A stretch of 64,000 bases of DNA from an uncultured virus (IMG/VR IMGVR_UViG_3300030019_000024) (taxonomy: Duplodnaviria > Heunggongvirae > Uroviricota > Caudoviricetes), in the IMG/VR virus record IMGVR_UViG_3300030019_000024; one strand, given 5' to 3'. The position numbers and the translations under genes are program-made. Shown here piece after piece: positions 41,089 to 50,812 of this stretch (positions are counted from its first letter, which is position 1; every line of letters starts with the position of its first letter). The notes under the pieces are model-generated. The model was given only the letters and a program-made list of their open reading frames with translations, ran no database searches and was not told where the DNA came from.

Positions 41089-41346
41089 ATGAGAACAAAT
41101 GCATGGAAAGTAACTAAGGAAATTTTACCAACTGATTGGAGAAAAGATTTAATAGAACCAGGTTACACTGTTTATATTCCACAAAAAGAACACGGATTAA
41201 GCAACGGATTGGTAGTAGCTTGTTATGATACAAATGGTAAAATATCAGGCACAGCAGTAATAAGTACACTTAATGATGATGTAACAATTAGTTTACCTAC
41301 ATTTGAAAGTGCAAAATTAGTTAAAAAGGTTATTATATTTGGTTAA
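41089..41346 (+). CDS. Small beta protein, paralog of 37681
   Basis: HGLSNGLVVACYD..G...TL.DDVTI...VIIFG. Confidence 0.7.
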   Translation: MRTNAWKVTKEILPTDWRKDLIEPGYTVYIPQKEHGLSNGLVVACYDTNGKISGTAVISTLNDDVTISLPTFESAKLVKKVIIFG

Positions 41347-41354
41347 TTATATTA

Positions 41355-41384
41355 AAAAACCATGATAAATATATCATGGTTTTT
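41355..41384. terminator. Bidirectional terminator
   Basis: AAAACCATGATA...TATCATGGTTTT. Confidence 0.75.
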
Positions 41385-41387
41385 ACT

Positions 41388-41654
41388 TTAAAGTGTTATT
41401 GTTATTAAAGACTTAATACCATTAACTGTTGTTTTTAATTCAGGTACTTTTTCAGCATCCTTTACGATATACCCAGCATCTTCAAGTTTTTTCTTTATAA
41501 TTTCTCTTACTTCATCATTTAGAAGTTCAACTGTACATTCAGTTTGGTTCATACCAAGTTGAGATAGAATTTCTCTTTCTACTTTTCCCATTTCATTAAA
41601 GTATAACTGCTCTTTTAATGAAGATAAAGTCATTACGCCATTTAGTGTCATCAT
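41388..41654 (-). CDS. Hypothetical protein
   Basis: IKKKLEDAGYIV motif; possibly distantly related to 40493/40781. Confidence 0.55.
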   Translation of the reverse strand: MMTLNGVMTLSSLKEQLYFNEMGKVEREILSQLGMNQTECTVELLNDEVREIIKKKLEDAGYIVKDAEKVPELKTTVNGIKSLITITL

Positions 41655-41699
41655 AATTATAATATTGTTTTTTATTTATAGTCAATAATTATAAAAAAG

Positions 41700-41730
41700 T
41701 TTGGTAATTCGAAAAATTATATTATCTTTG
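41700..41730 (+). promoter_or_regulatory. Bacteroidota sigma70-type promoter
   Basis: TTTG-19 nt-TATCTTTG. Confidence 0.8.
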
Positions 41731-41753
41731 TACCGAAATTTAAAATAAACCAT

Positions 41754-43025
41754 ATGATACTAAAAGAACTAAAAGCCGAAGTTTTAGGTAAAGATATTAT
41801 TTGTTACCGCAGAAATTATGAACAGGATTATAAATTAGAAACTCTATGTACTGGTGTAGTAGTTGGATTTAAAACAAATAAAAATGATGATGCAGATATA
41901 AAAGATGTGTTTATTATTTCATGTTTAATTGTTACATCCGAAAATTTTTTAATTGAAGGATATATAAACAATTGGTATTCAGCATCTACCGATGATAAAT
42001 ATCGTGCATCTTTTAGTGGGAAACAAAGAACCAAAAGAACTATTAATAAAATTTTAAAAAATTCTATCAAGTTCAATGATTGGATATATTACAATAAGTA
42101 TAACAAAAATTACGTAGAATTGGATGGAAAATATACACGTTATGAATCAACTGATGATGTAACAGTTGGTTTAGAATGTGATTTTTCCTACCAATATGAA
42201 TATAAAAAATATATACCAACTAAATGTATTAATAAATCAAATCCTGATTTTTTACAACAAATTACTATTTTAAATAGGATTAAAAATGATGGTAATTCTA
42301 TTGATGAAAGAATTTTAATGTATAATGAATATGATGTTATTAATTATAATGTTGAAAACTACGAAATTTTAGGTTATTATATTAAGCATAACGAAGATGA
42401 TGTATATATTCCAAAAGAGTGTATATCTGAAAATGATAACAAAGATAAAGCGTTTGATGAACTTATTAAAAAGTACGAAGATTCTTTAGGTGATTCTGTT
42501 ACAGATGATATAAAAAGAATTTTGGTGGATAATTTCAAAAACGAATATGAAATCAATACATTGAAATTAAAGAATGAAATTGCTAATATTCGTTTTTATA
42601 ATATTGATAATACCATTAAAATTATAACCGAAAACGTTAAAGATTTAAATACAAAAACTGCTTTATTATATAAAATTGTTAATGATAACTATGCTACACT
42701 TAATAAAAAGATTGATACTGTTGAAGTTAAATTAACTAAGTATGTAGATAATGTTAAAGATTCACTACAAAAACAGATTGATATAAATTATGAAAAAGCA
42801 AACAACTTCCGTCTATATCATGTTTGGGTGACTAATGATGTTGTAGCTGAAATATCACAAAGTGGGTTGAAAAATCTAATTTACAATGATTATAAAGATG
42901 TTCAATTAAGTGAAAGCGAACACGCAAAACTAATGTCAGAATATGCAAGTAGATATGACACAGGTTCAAGAATATCAAATTCTGATTATTATGTAAATTG
43001 TGGAAATATAAGAAAAGTTGGATAA
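41754..43025 (+). CDS. Hypothetical protein with C-terminal coiled coil
   Basis: 423-aa ORF with heptad-like region. Confidence 0.6.
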   Translation: MILKELKAEVLGKDIICYRRNYEQDYKLETLCTGVVVGFKTNKNDDADIKDVFIISCLIVTSENFLIEGYINNWYSASTDDKYRASFSGKQRTKRTINKILKNSIKFNDWIYYNKYNKNYVELDGKYTRYESTDDVTVGLECDFSYQYEYKKYIPTKCINKSNPDFLQQITILNRIKNDGNSIDERILMYNEYDVINYNVENYEILGYYIKHNEDDVYIPKECISENDNKDKAFDELIKKYEDSLGDSVTDDIKRILVDNFKNEYEINTLKLKNEIANIRFYNIDNTIKIITENVKDLNTKTALLYKIVNDNYATLNKKIDTVEVKLTKYVDNVKDSLQKQIDINYEKANNFRLYHVWVTNDVVAEISQSGLKNLIYNDYKDVQLSESEHAKLMSEYASRYDTGSRISNSDYYVNCGNIRKVG

Positions 43026-43066
43026 ATATATAAAATGATAATAATTTACTAAACATAAAAATAAAA

Positions 43067-43819
43067 ATGATTAATGAAGAATTAATAGACGAAAATTATA
43101 GATTTCCACTTGAATATAAAGGTGAAATGATGTGTGATAACTTTTCAATGAAAACCACCCCGAGAAAATGGACAGAAAAAGAATATGAAGTAATTGATAT
43201 TCTTATGAAAAAAGGTTTTAATAATCGTCAGATTATGATATGCTTGGATAGGTCAATTGAATCTATAAATAATAAAGTACGCAGACGTAAAAAATTAAAA
43301 TGTGTATACAATGATTCACATCGTGATGAAAAATACATGTATAATAAAAAATTTGTGGAGTATCTTAAACCACAATCAGTATTGGATGTTTATTCTGGTA
43401 TGAATAGTGTTTATAAAAATTACAACATCAATACTATTATTAGTAATGATGAAAAAATACATTTTGATACTGATTTTCATATGAAATCACATAAATTAGT
43501 AAAGATGTTATATTCACGTGGTGATACATATGACTTAGTTGATTTAGACCCATTTGGAAGTGCATATGATTGTTTTGAATATTCAATAAGAATGGCTCAA
43601 AAAGGATTAATTATCACACTTGGTGAATTAGGACATAAACGATTTAGAAGAGTTGATTATGTTAACAAAAAATACGGTATATCTAAATATGAAGATTTTA
43701 ATACAAAAACAATTGTAAATCATATTATTGAATATGCTAAAAAATTCAATAAAACATTATTACCTATATATGTATGTGATTGGAATAACATAGCACGTGT
43801 ATATTTTAAAATAATATAA
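43067..43819 (+). CDS. HTH/Myb-like domain fused to SAM-dependent methyltransferase-like domain
   Basis: RKWTEKE...LDRS..SI..K; VLDVYSG; DLVDLDPFGS. Confidence 0.65.
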   Translation: MINEELIDENYRFPLEYKGEMMCDNFSMKTTPRKWTEKEYEVIDILMKKGFNNRQIMICLDRSIESINNKVRRRKKLKCVYNDSHRDEKYMYNKKFVEYLKPQSVLDVYSGMNSVYKNYNINTIISNDEKIHFDTDFHMKSHKLVKMLYSRGDTYDLVDLDPFGSAYDCFEYSIRMAQKGLIITLGELGHKRFRRVDYVNKKYGISKYEDFNTKTIVNHIIEYAKKFNKTLLPIYVCDWNNIARVYFKII

Positions 43820-43830
43820 AAATTAAAATT

Positions 43831-44247
43831 ATGAAAGGAAATCTGTTTAAAACAACAAAAAATCAATCTTTTGGTTATGAACCAAAAGAAAATGCAAGAT
43901 ATAATCGAAATCGGGGTTCGTATATAGATAAAATAGAAAATCAAAAAAATCTTTTTAGTTTTATTTTTAAAAATGATGATTTTAAAAAAATAAAGCAATA
44001 TAGAACAGTATTAATAAATTATTTTTTAGAAGATATGTATATTAAGACTCATTCAGAAATGAATAGCGAATGGGTTATACGTAATATAGAAGAAAATAAT
44101 GCGTGTATGTGTTTTTATTTTTTAAATAAAGAACTTGAATCAAAAGGTTTTAAATTACCAATACCAACTAAATTTGAAGATTTTTATATCAAAATGGAAA
44201 GAACTAAAAAAATTGAAAGATTAAAAAATAACATAAAAAAGGATTGA
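43831..44247 (+). CDS. Hypothetical protein with C-terminal motif
   Basis: MERTKKIERLK. Confidence 0.55.
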   Translation: MKGNLFKTTKNQSFGYEPKENARYNRNRGSYIDKIENQKNLFSFIFKNDDFKKIKQYRTVLINYFLEDMYIKTHSEMNSEWVIRNIEENNACMCFYFLNKELESKGFKLPIPTKFEDFYIKMERTKKIERLKNNIKKD

Positions 44248-44268
44248 TAATTTATCAATCCTTTTTTT
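44235..44268. terminator. Bidirectional terminator
   Basis: AAAAGGATTGATAA-t-TTATCAATCCTTTT. Confidence 0.75.
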
Positions 44269-44272
44269 ATTT

Positions 44273-44938
44273 TTAATTGCTTTCGTTTTCAACTAAATAT
44301 TCATATAATTTATTTACTGATAAAACTTTAACATTTTTTGAACCAAATTCTGCATTCAACAATTCTACCTTGTTTTCAAAGTATTGTCCATCGACAATTG
44401 CTAAAAAATATTCATTACCATAATTTTTCTTCGCACAATTTCTTAAAAAATTTCTAATGTCATTATATTGGTTATCTTGCGCACCACCAGCTTCACCAAT
44501 ATGTTTAAGTGAACAATTGTAATGTTTACTTTCAGTGAAAAATTGTAAATCAAGATTCTTCAAATCATTTTGTCGAATAGTTGTAATTTCACCATTTACA
44601 ACATAAATTTGTTCATTTTTTGGAACAGGGTAATAATAATTTATGATATCACCATCCCATTGTTTGATTAAATCTAATGCAGTTTTTTCAGCACAACCTT
44701 GTTTACTTGGATCCTTAATAAATCCTGCTCTAAACTTAGCATTTTTTTCATAATTATTAATAACTGATTTTATACTAAACCCAAACTTTTCAGCAAAGTT
44801 TTCAAGTTTTTTATTCGTATTTTTATCACGAATAAATCTTTGATCTCTTGCTTCTTTTACATTCACTTTTAATTGTGATTTTTTTACTTCATCGAAATTA
44901 GTAACTAAGGGGATTACCTTTAAAATTTTTGTGCTCAT
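44273..44938 (-). CDS. Putative type II restriction endonuclease (PD-(D/E)xK-like)
   Basis: K.LD...SLKH...GGAQDNQY...IVDG; directly downstream of an MTase. Confidence 0.55.
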   Translation of the reverse strand: MSTKILKVIPLVTNFDEVKKSQLKVNVKEARDQRFIRDKNTNKKLENFAEKFGFSIKSVINNYEKNAKFRAGFIKDPSKQGCAEKTALDLIKQWDGDIINYYYPVPKNEQIYVVNGEITTIRQNDLKNLDLQFFTESKHYNCSLKHIGEAGGAQDNQYNDIRNFLRNCAKKNYGNEYFLAIVDGQYFENKVELLNAEFGSKNVKVLSVNKLYEYLVENESN

Positions 44939-45028
44939 TTTTTTTATTTTTTAAAATTAATATTGATTATACGTATTATAGTAATGTTTTTTTAAAAAGT
45001 TTATTATTAAATAGTAGTTTAACTTCTT

Positions 45029-46036
45029 TTATAGTTTGTTATTTATTATGTAAGATATTAATTTATAACATACATCGAATGAAATTCTTTTTCTTGAATA
45101 TGCTTTTGTAGAATTTCTATAATTTGTTAAAAACAAAGAATTATATTTTAATCTATAACTTTCAAGAATAGTATTAAATTCTTCACATATTTTTTGTTGG
45201 TCATCTTGTGTATATATTTTATCTAAGATAATTGTAGCAAAAGTTCTATCAGTATTTTTACCATAAAAATGATTATAATTTAAAGACAAATCAATTCTAC
45301 CATCCATCGTACCAGTATCAATAGCTCTTAAATATATATTAGAGTTCGGTGTTTTACTATTTTCAACTAATCTACTTATTCCTATATTTTTTTGATTGTT
45401 TATTATTTTATGAAATTCACCACCAATTCTCCAAGATACATCACTATTTAATTCAATAATAATTTCTTCCTTACTTGGAAATATTTTTGTTGGTATCAAC
45501 ATAATATTATCTTTCACATCTTTTTTAATAAATGAAAATGAACATATTGTATATGATGTATCATCAAACACTGTTTCTTCGAAAATATTAAGATTTAATA
45601 TTTTAAAACTTTCGAAGAATATATTTCTAATTTTATCATCTTCATCACAAAGGAAATTTAAAGGTAGAATTAAAATACCACCATCACATTCTAATAATGT
45701 AATAATTGCAGCTTTATATAAATCAGAAACATTATATTTATCATAAATTGTTTTATCATTATTTTTATTTTTATATAAAAATGGTGGATTTGTTATTACA
45801 AATTTATTTTTATAACAAGGTGGGTTTAATAAAGTGTCTTGCTGTATAGTATCTTTCGTTTTCGGATCTATATCATATATTTCCCAATCACCATCTAATA
45901 TAAGTAAGTCACCGCTACCGCAATATGGTTCAATTAATTTTACATTTTCGGGTATATCATTAATTAAATTCCCTATTATATAATTAGCTCTTTTTGTATA
46001 AAATTGTCCATAGTTTTTTTTATTTTCTAATATCAT
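45029..46036 (-). CDS. N6-adenine DNA methyltransferase (gamma-type order)
   Basis: GQFYT, IEPYCGSG, ITNPPF. Confidence 0.85.
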   Translation of the reverse strand: MILENKKNYGQFYTKRANYIIGNLINDIPENVKLIEPYCGSGDLLILDGDWEIYDIDPKTKDTIQQDTLLNPPCYKNKFVITNPPFLYKNKNNDKTIYDKYNVSDLYKAAIITLLECDGGILILPLNFLCDEDDKIRNIFFESFKILNLNIFEETVFDDTSYTICSFSFIKKDVKDNIMLIPTKIFPSKEEIIIELNSDVSWRIGGEFHKIINNQKNIGISRLVENSKTPNSNIYLRAIDTGTMDGRIDLSLNYNHFYGKNTDRTFATIILDKIYTQDDQQKICEEFNTILESYRLKYNSLFLTNYRNSTKAYSRKRISFDVCYKLISYIINNKL

Positions 46037-46093
46037 TATTTAAAAATTGTTTTTATTATATAGGATAAAATAATAAAAAAGTTTGATAATTTA

Positions 46094-46627
46094 TCAATCC
46101 TTTTTAAAATGAACTATTGTTACATCACAATCTTTTAATTCCTTTTTAAATATTTCCTTAATAATAGAAAAATCCCCACCTGCTAATCCAGTACCAATTA
46201 ACGGTAAACCTATTCTTTTACCCTTAAATGCAACGTTTATCTTCCGCATACATAATGTTAGTGCTTCATAGTCTATTGGTTTAGAAACACCGTCAGTATG
46301 ATTCTTACCATAGTTATACTGTGAATAACAGTTTACAACATACATATTGAATTCTATTGTATCACCATCATCAGGATATCTTTCAAATTTTTGATCCCAT
46401 TTTGAAAAATGAAGTCTTTCATAATCAATCTGACCTAATTTATTTATATCACCTCTATGTTGTTTTTCTTCCAAATTAAAACCATCAGTATGAAAATGTT
46501 TTACAAATTCTAATGCAATTCCAGCACCTTGTACACAGAAACAATTATTTCCTTGTGCTATCACATCAAAGTTGTTTTCGTATGCTAATGTTATTAAATT
46601 CCCTTTAATTTCTTTAAATGTTCCCAT
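46094..46627 (-). CDS. Macro-domain (ADP-ribose-processing) protein (start re-called)
   Basis: IKGNL...IAQGNNC...GAGIA...LPLIGTGLAGG. Confidence 0.85.
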   Translation of the reverse strand: MGTFKEIKGNLITLAYENNFDVIAQGNNCFCVQGAGIALEFVKHFHTDGFNLEEKQHRGDINKLGQIDYERLHFSKWDQKFERYPDDGDTIEFNMYVVNCYSQYNYGKNHTDGVSKPIDYEALTLCMRKINVAFKGKRIGLPLIGTGLAGGDFSIIKEIFKKELKDCDVTIVHFKKD

Positions 46628-46671
46628 TTTAGTTATATTTTTATCTATTATATAAAATAACTTAGAAAAAG

Positions 46672-46702
46672 TTTGATATTTCAAATATTTATATTATCTT
46701 TG
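46672..46702 (+). promoter_or_regulatory. Bacteroidota sigma70-type promoter
   Basis: TTTG-19 nt-TATCTTTG. Confidence 0.75.
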
Positions 46703-46732
46703 TATCGAAATCAAAACATAAAAACTAAAAAC

Positions 46733-47185
46733 ATGTCAACTGTAAAAACACCGAAAGCAAAGTTATCTTTAAACATTCAACGTGATTATATTACACTTCG
46801 TACACCAAACGGTAATTACACAAACAGTTGGGGTGGTGCTAAAGCATCAGGAAAATTAGCAATGCATAAAACAGCATTTACTAATATTGATAAATTTGTA
46901 ATGTCAGAAAGTAAATTATCTTCTTTCGGTGATGCGATGAACAAACTTACAGATGGTGCAGTATTATCTACACTTTGGTCAGAATGGGATGAAGTAGTTG
47001 CTGTTAATGATTTCAAAGCAACTGATAAAGTTGTTTTTACATCTGATACTATGTTTAGTAAGAAATATCCCAGTGGTGGTGTAGTTAGAAGCGTTTCACG
47101 TAAAAACGTTTTTATAACACTTTCTGATGGTAAAGATGCGGGTCAAACAATTGGATTCGATTATCAAATTTTAGAACGTATTTAA
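46733..47185 (+). CDS. Hypothetical protein with SH3/KOW-like C-terminus (start re-called)
   Basis: ATG downstream of promoter; FKATDKVVF...GVV..V. Confidence 0.55.
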   Translation: MSTVKTPKAKLSLNIQRDYITLRTPNGNYTNSWGGAKASGKLAMHKTAFTNIDKFVMSESKLSSFGDAMNKLTDGAVLSTLWSEWDEVVAVNDFKATDKVVFTSDTMFSKKYPSGGVVRSVSRKNVFITLSDGKDAGQTIGFDYQILERI

Positions 47186-47204
47186 TAAAAAGGACTGATT
47201 AATT

Positions 47205-47615
47205 TCAGTCCTTTTTTTCTTTGTTTATCGTTATGAAGTTTGATTTATCATAATCTACTTGAACTTGTCCAACTTTACTTTTATCTGTTTTAGTTACATT
47301 TCTTTTTTCAGTATAAACCACCTTAACAGCACCTGTTCCTTTTGAATTTTCTGCTGCTAATTTTGCTGCTTTTTTAATTACATCTATTGATGGGTATTCA
47401 TCACCAACTTTAATTACTACATGTGAACCTGGTACACCCGCAGAATGCATCCAAATATCACTTGGTTTAGCTATTTCAAATGTTAGTACATCATTCATTT
47501 CAGCATTCCTACCAATATAAACATCAAATCCATCAATGTTTGCTTTTTTAACAACACCTGATAGTTTAACTTCTTCATTTAATTGTTCAAACTCATTATA
47601 TTTTTTAATTTTCAT
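47205..47615 (-). CDS. NFACT RNA-binding (DUF814) domain protein with N-terminal MKIKKYNEF..LNE motif
   Basis: IGRNAEMNDVLT...DIWMH...PGSHVVI...AAKLAA..S...V.YT...V.K. Confidence 0.85.
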   Translation of the reverse strand: MKIKKYNEFEQLNEEVKLSGVVKKANIDGFDVYIGRNAEMNDVLTFEIAKPSDIWMHSAGVPGSHVVIKVGDEYPSIDVIKKAAKLAAENSKGTGAVKVVYTEKRNVTKTDKSKVGQVQVDYDKSNFITINKEKKD

Positions 47616-48079
47616 TTCACACCATTTTGTTGTACATAATATATAAGATAATCTTCTATATCTTCAAAATTATAATTCTTTGCTATTTTTAACATTTCTT
47701 GGTAATTACTTTTAAGACCTTCTTTACCTATCTTTATTAAATACTTAACTATTTCAAGATTTCCACTCATCACAGCATACAATAATATACTATAATTACC
47801 CACACTGAGGTATGAATCCAATCCTTTCCCAATTAAAAATTTAACTAATTCATAATTAGATGATTCAACAGCGTATCTAAGTACTACACCAAGGTTTTGA
47901 TAAATATTAGCACCCTGTTCTATTGCTTGTTTAACACCATCTATAATACCAGCTTTAGCAGATGATATTAGCATATCATTTGGTACCATGTCTTTTATAT
48001 TTCCCCATGCTTCTTCATTAGATGGACCAGTCATTTTATCAAGTAAACCTTCATTAAATTGGTTAAATTTCTTAATCAT
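47612..48079 (-). CDS. Ankyrin-repeat protein with N-terminal MIKKFNQFNE motif (start re-called)
   Basis: LRYAV..SNYELVKFLI..G; LLYAV.SGNLEIVKYLI. Confidence 0.75.
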   Translation of the reverse strand: MIKKFNQFNEGLLDKMTGPSNEEAWGNIKDMVPNDMLISSAKAGIIDGVKQAIEQGANIYQNLGVVLRYAVESSNYELVKFLIGKGLDSYLSVGNYSILLYAVMSGNLEIVKYLIKIGKEGLKSNYQEMLKIAKNYNFEDIEDYLIYYVQQNGVK

Positions 48080-48112
48080 ACCATAAATATATTTTATTTT
48101 ATATATTAAATA

Positions 48113-48144
48113 TTTGCACATTAAAAAAATTATTTGTATCTTTG
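48113..48144 (+). promoter_or_regulatory. Bacteroidota sigma70-type promoter
   Basis: TTTG-20 nt-TATCTTTG. Confidence 0.75.
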
Positions 48145-48161
48145 TATCTAAAATAAAAAAT

Positions 48162-48767
48162 ATGAGAAGAGAAGACATTGAAAGACAGATATCGTTTGGT
48201 AATACTATAAGTCCTGGTATCTATTACCATCTATTAATCAGTAGCATTGAATCTAATTCAATAGATGATGTAGAATATTCTTTTAATAGACTTTTATCAG
48301 GGTCAAAGGATATTTTAAGAAGTCAAGAAATTATATACATAACGTGTGATAATGAAGCACCCGAAATATTAAGGTTCTTTTTAAAGAATGGTATTAAGAT
48401 AACTGTTCCATTTTTTTATGATATTGTTGATATATACAATTCTTGTGATTCAATATTAGAATATATTAAAATAATATCCGAATATGTTGATATTAATAAA
48501 GTTCCGAAATTATTAGCATTAGCGATAAGTTTTGGTTCGTATGACATGGTAAAATGTCTAATTGATTTAGGTATTGATATTCATAAGCAAAATGATATTG
48601 CAATTAGACAAGCTCTTGACAGTTATGGGGAATGCGGATTAGATTTATTTAAATTGCTTATTAACAGTGGTATTGATATTCACACTAATAATAATTTCAT
48701 TAGTAGATACGCAGAAAACTATCATTTTTCCGAATTAAAAGAGTATTTAACTGAAAATGGAATCTAA
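48162..48767 (+). CDS. Ankyrin-repeat protein (start re-called)
   Basis: LALAISFGSYDMVKCLIDLGIDIH; LFKLLINSGIDIH. Confidence 0.7.
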   Translation: MRREDIERQISFGNTISPGIYYHLLISSIESNSIDDVEYSFNRLLSGSKDILRSQEIIYITCDNEAPEILRFFLKNGIKITVPFFYDIVDIYNSCDSILEYIKIISEYVDINKVPKLLALAISFGSYDMVKCLIDLGIDIHKQNDIAIRQALDSYGECGLDLFKLLINSGIDIHTNNNFISRYAENYHFSELKEYLTENGI

Positions 48768-49590
48768 AAGAAATCTATTAATATATTTAAAAGGTTATTC
48801 TTCCGATGAATTATCTACTAATATCAAGAGATTTTCTTTTGATAGGAAGATGAATATAGCTATTAAGAATAATATATTAAATTTATTTAAAGAAACTTAT
48901 GAAAAAGGTGCATATTTTTCTACTGATGATAAAATACCATATACAAAAACATATAGAAATACATTAGAAAAAGTTGGATTATATTGCGATTTAGAATTTA
49001 TTAAGCACGTTGTTGAAAAATGTGATTATAACAGTCCTAAATATTTAGATATATTGTTTCATAATTGTGTTATGAATAGTGGTAAAATTGATGCAATTAA
49101 ATACTTAGTTAAAAAAGGTTCTAATGTTTCATCTTATGATTTATTATTTTCAATATTATATAAAAATTTCGACTATACTAAATATTTTTTGAAATTAGGT
49201 ATTAATTATTTAAATAGTAATGACTTATTTTCAATTGTGATTCAAGATTCAGTAGAGATGTCAATTAAATTCATATATGAAAATAAAATTAAGTTTAATC
49301 ATCATAAAATGCTGATGGAAATGATTAAAAGAAATGATGGAAAGATGGAAAATTCTTTTAATTTTATATTAAATAATTACAAGGTTAAAGTTAATTTAGG
49401 AAATAGTAGAACTGATAATTTATTATCAGTTGCTGTGAAATTTAATAACATTAATATAGTTAAAATGTTAGTCGAATATGGTGCTAATGTGAATTATGAA
49501 TCAGGAACACCATTAAGGATAGCACTGGAAAATAACCATAAAGATATTATTCTGTATTTAGTTGAAAATGGTGCAAAATTTTATTATTAA
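48757..49590 (+). CDS. Ankyrin-repeat protein
   Basis: LLSVAV..NN..IVKMLVEYGANVN; TPLRIALENNH.DII.YLVENGA. Confidence 0.8.
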   Translation: MESKRNLLIYLKGYSSDELSTNIKRFSFDRKMNIAIKNNILNLFKETYEKGAYFSTDDKIPYTKTYRNTLEKVGLYCDLEFIKHVVEKCDYNSPKYLDILFHNCVMNSGKIDAIKYLVKKGSNVSSYDLLFSILYKNFDYTKYFLKLGINYLNSNDLFSIVIQDSVEMSIKFIYENKIKFNHHKMLMEMIKRNDGKMENSFNFILNNYKVKVNLGNSRTDNLLSVAVKFNNINIVKMLVEYGANVNYESGTPLRIALENNHKDIILYLVENGAKFYY

Positions 49591-49605
49591 ATTCTGCACC
49601 ATTTT

Positions 49606-50799
49606 TTATTTTATATATTTTAATAATTCTTTATCATAATCGTAATGTTTACCATGCGATAATTCATGGGTTCTTACTATTTTTACTATCTGTTCCAACT
49701 TAGGGTTAGTTTTCCATATTATCATAACTTTGTTTGAATCAGGTCCAAATGATTGACCTCTATCGTTTGTTTCTTTATCTATAATACCAACAACATCTGG
49801 ATCTTTTAATAAGTTAAAGTACATTTTTCTTGCATCTGATGTTGACTGTTCATCTGAAATTAAATATCCTTGATATTTTAAGAATGCTTTATATATTTTA
49901 TATCCTAAACCAATCCCCAATACTTCTTCTTTTATAGATTTGGAATGTATTCTATTCTTTAGATGACCAAAATAAATTTTATTATTTTTAATATGCTCTT
50001 TTTCAAAAAATGGATTATCAATTAAATGATATTTTTTAACTTTATCATTCAATGCTTCATCTTTAAAATCAACGAAATAAAAGAAATTATCACGTGTATG
50101 AAATGTAATATCTTCATATGAAATATTTTTTAATATATTTTTTAATTTGGATATTTCAATTGATTCATAATCAGTTACTTCTTTCCCTTTTGATTTATTA
50201 TTAAAATATAATATTTTACAAAGTTCACTTTCTTTAATTTCACTTACTTCATTAATAAATTTCTTGTAATCTTTTGATAAGTATAAATTTTCTGATAATG
50301 AATAATCATCTTTTTCAGTATAATATAATCCGTAATATTCATTATTGTTTTTGAACAGTTCATTAACTATTTCATTTGAAACACCCCTGAATGTATATGA
50401 CGGTTCTGTTCCCATAAACATTTTTGATAAAAAATTTTTTGTTGCAGTTTTATTTAACAATTTCATTAATGCTAATATAAATTTATAATTTTGTTCTTTT
50501 ATCTTTTCATCGGGAAATATTCTAATATCACCTGTTTTATTTATAGTAAAGATTGGATTAAAATCGGAATTAAGTGAAAAATAATTATTTTCCCTCACTT
50601 CAAATTCAATATCATCTACATTAAGTTTTTTAGCTTTATTATAAATTACTTTTGAAGAATCCTTATCATTTTCATTTTGTTTTTGTTTTGATTTAACTAT
50701 ATTGTCATTTTTAGACAAATAGAAGTTAGGGTTTTCTTTAAACCATTTATCTTCTATCGTTTCATTTATAATAAAGTTATTAAATCTTTTAAGTTTCAT
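49606..50799 (-). CDS. Protein with N-terminal MKLKRFNNFIINE motif and possible GNAT-like C-terminal domain (start re-called)
   Basis: LGIGLGYKIY...LISD..ST.DARKMY resembles an acetyl-CoA binding loop. Confidence 0.5.
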   Translation of the reverse strand: MKLKRFNNFIINETIEDKWFKENPNFYLSKNDNIVKSKQKQNENDKDSSKVIYNKAKKLNVDDIEFEVRENNYFSLNSDFNPIFTINKTGDIRIFPDEKIKEQNYKFILALMKLLNKTATKNFLSKMFMGTEPSYTFRGVSNEIVNELFKNNNEYYGLYYTEKDDYSLSENLYLSKDYKKFINEVSEIKESELCKILYFNNKSKGKEVTDYESIEISKLKNILKNISYEDITFHTRDNFFYFVDFKDEALNDKVKKYHLIDNPFFEKEHIKNNKIYFGHLKNRIHSKSIKEEVLGIGLGYKIYKAFLKYQGYLISDEQSTSDARKMYFNLLKDPDVVGIIDKETNDRGQSFGPDSNKVMIIWKTNPKLEQIVKIVRTHELSHGKHYDYDKELLKYIK

Positions 50800-50812
50800 A
50801 TTTATGTTTATT

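Noticed and set aside
47612..49590. Ankyrin genes as evidence for a eukaryotic giant virus
   Set aside because: T4-like terminase, gp25-like wedge and Bacteroidota promoters indicate a bacteriophage
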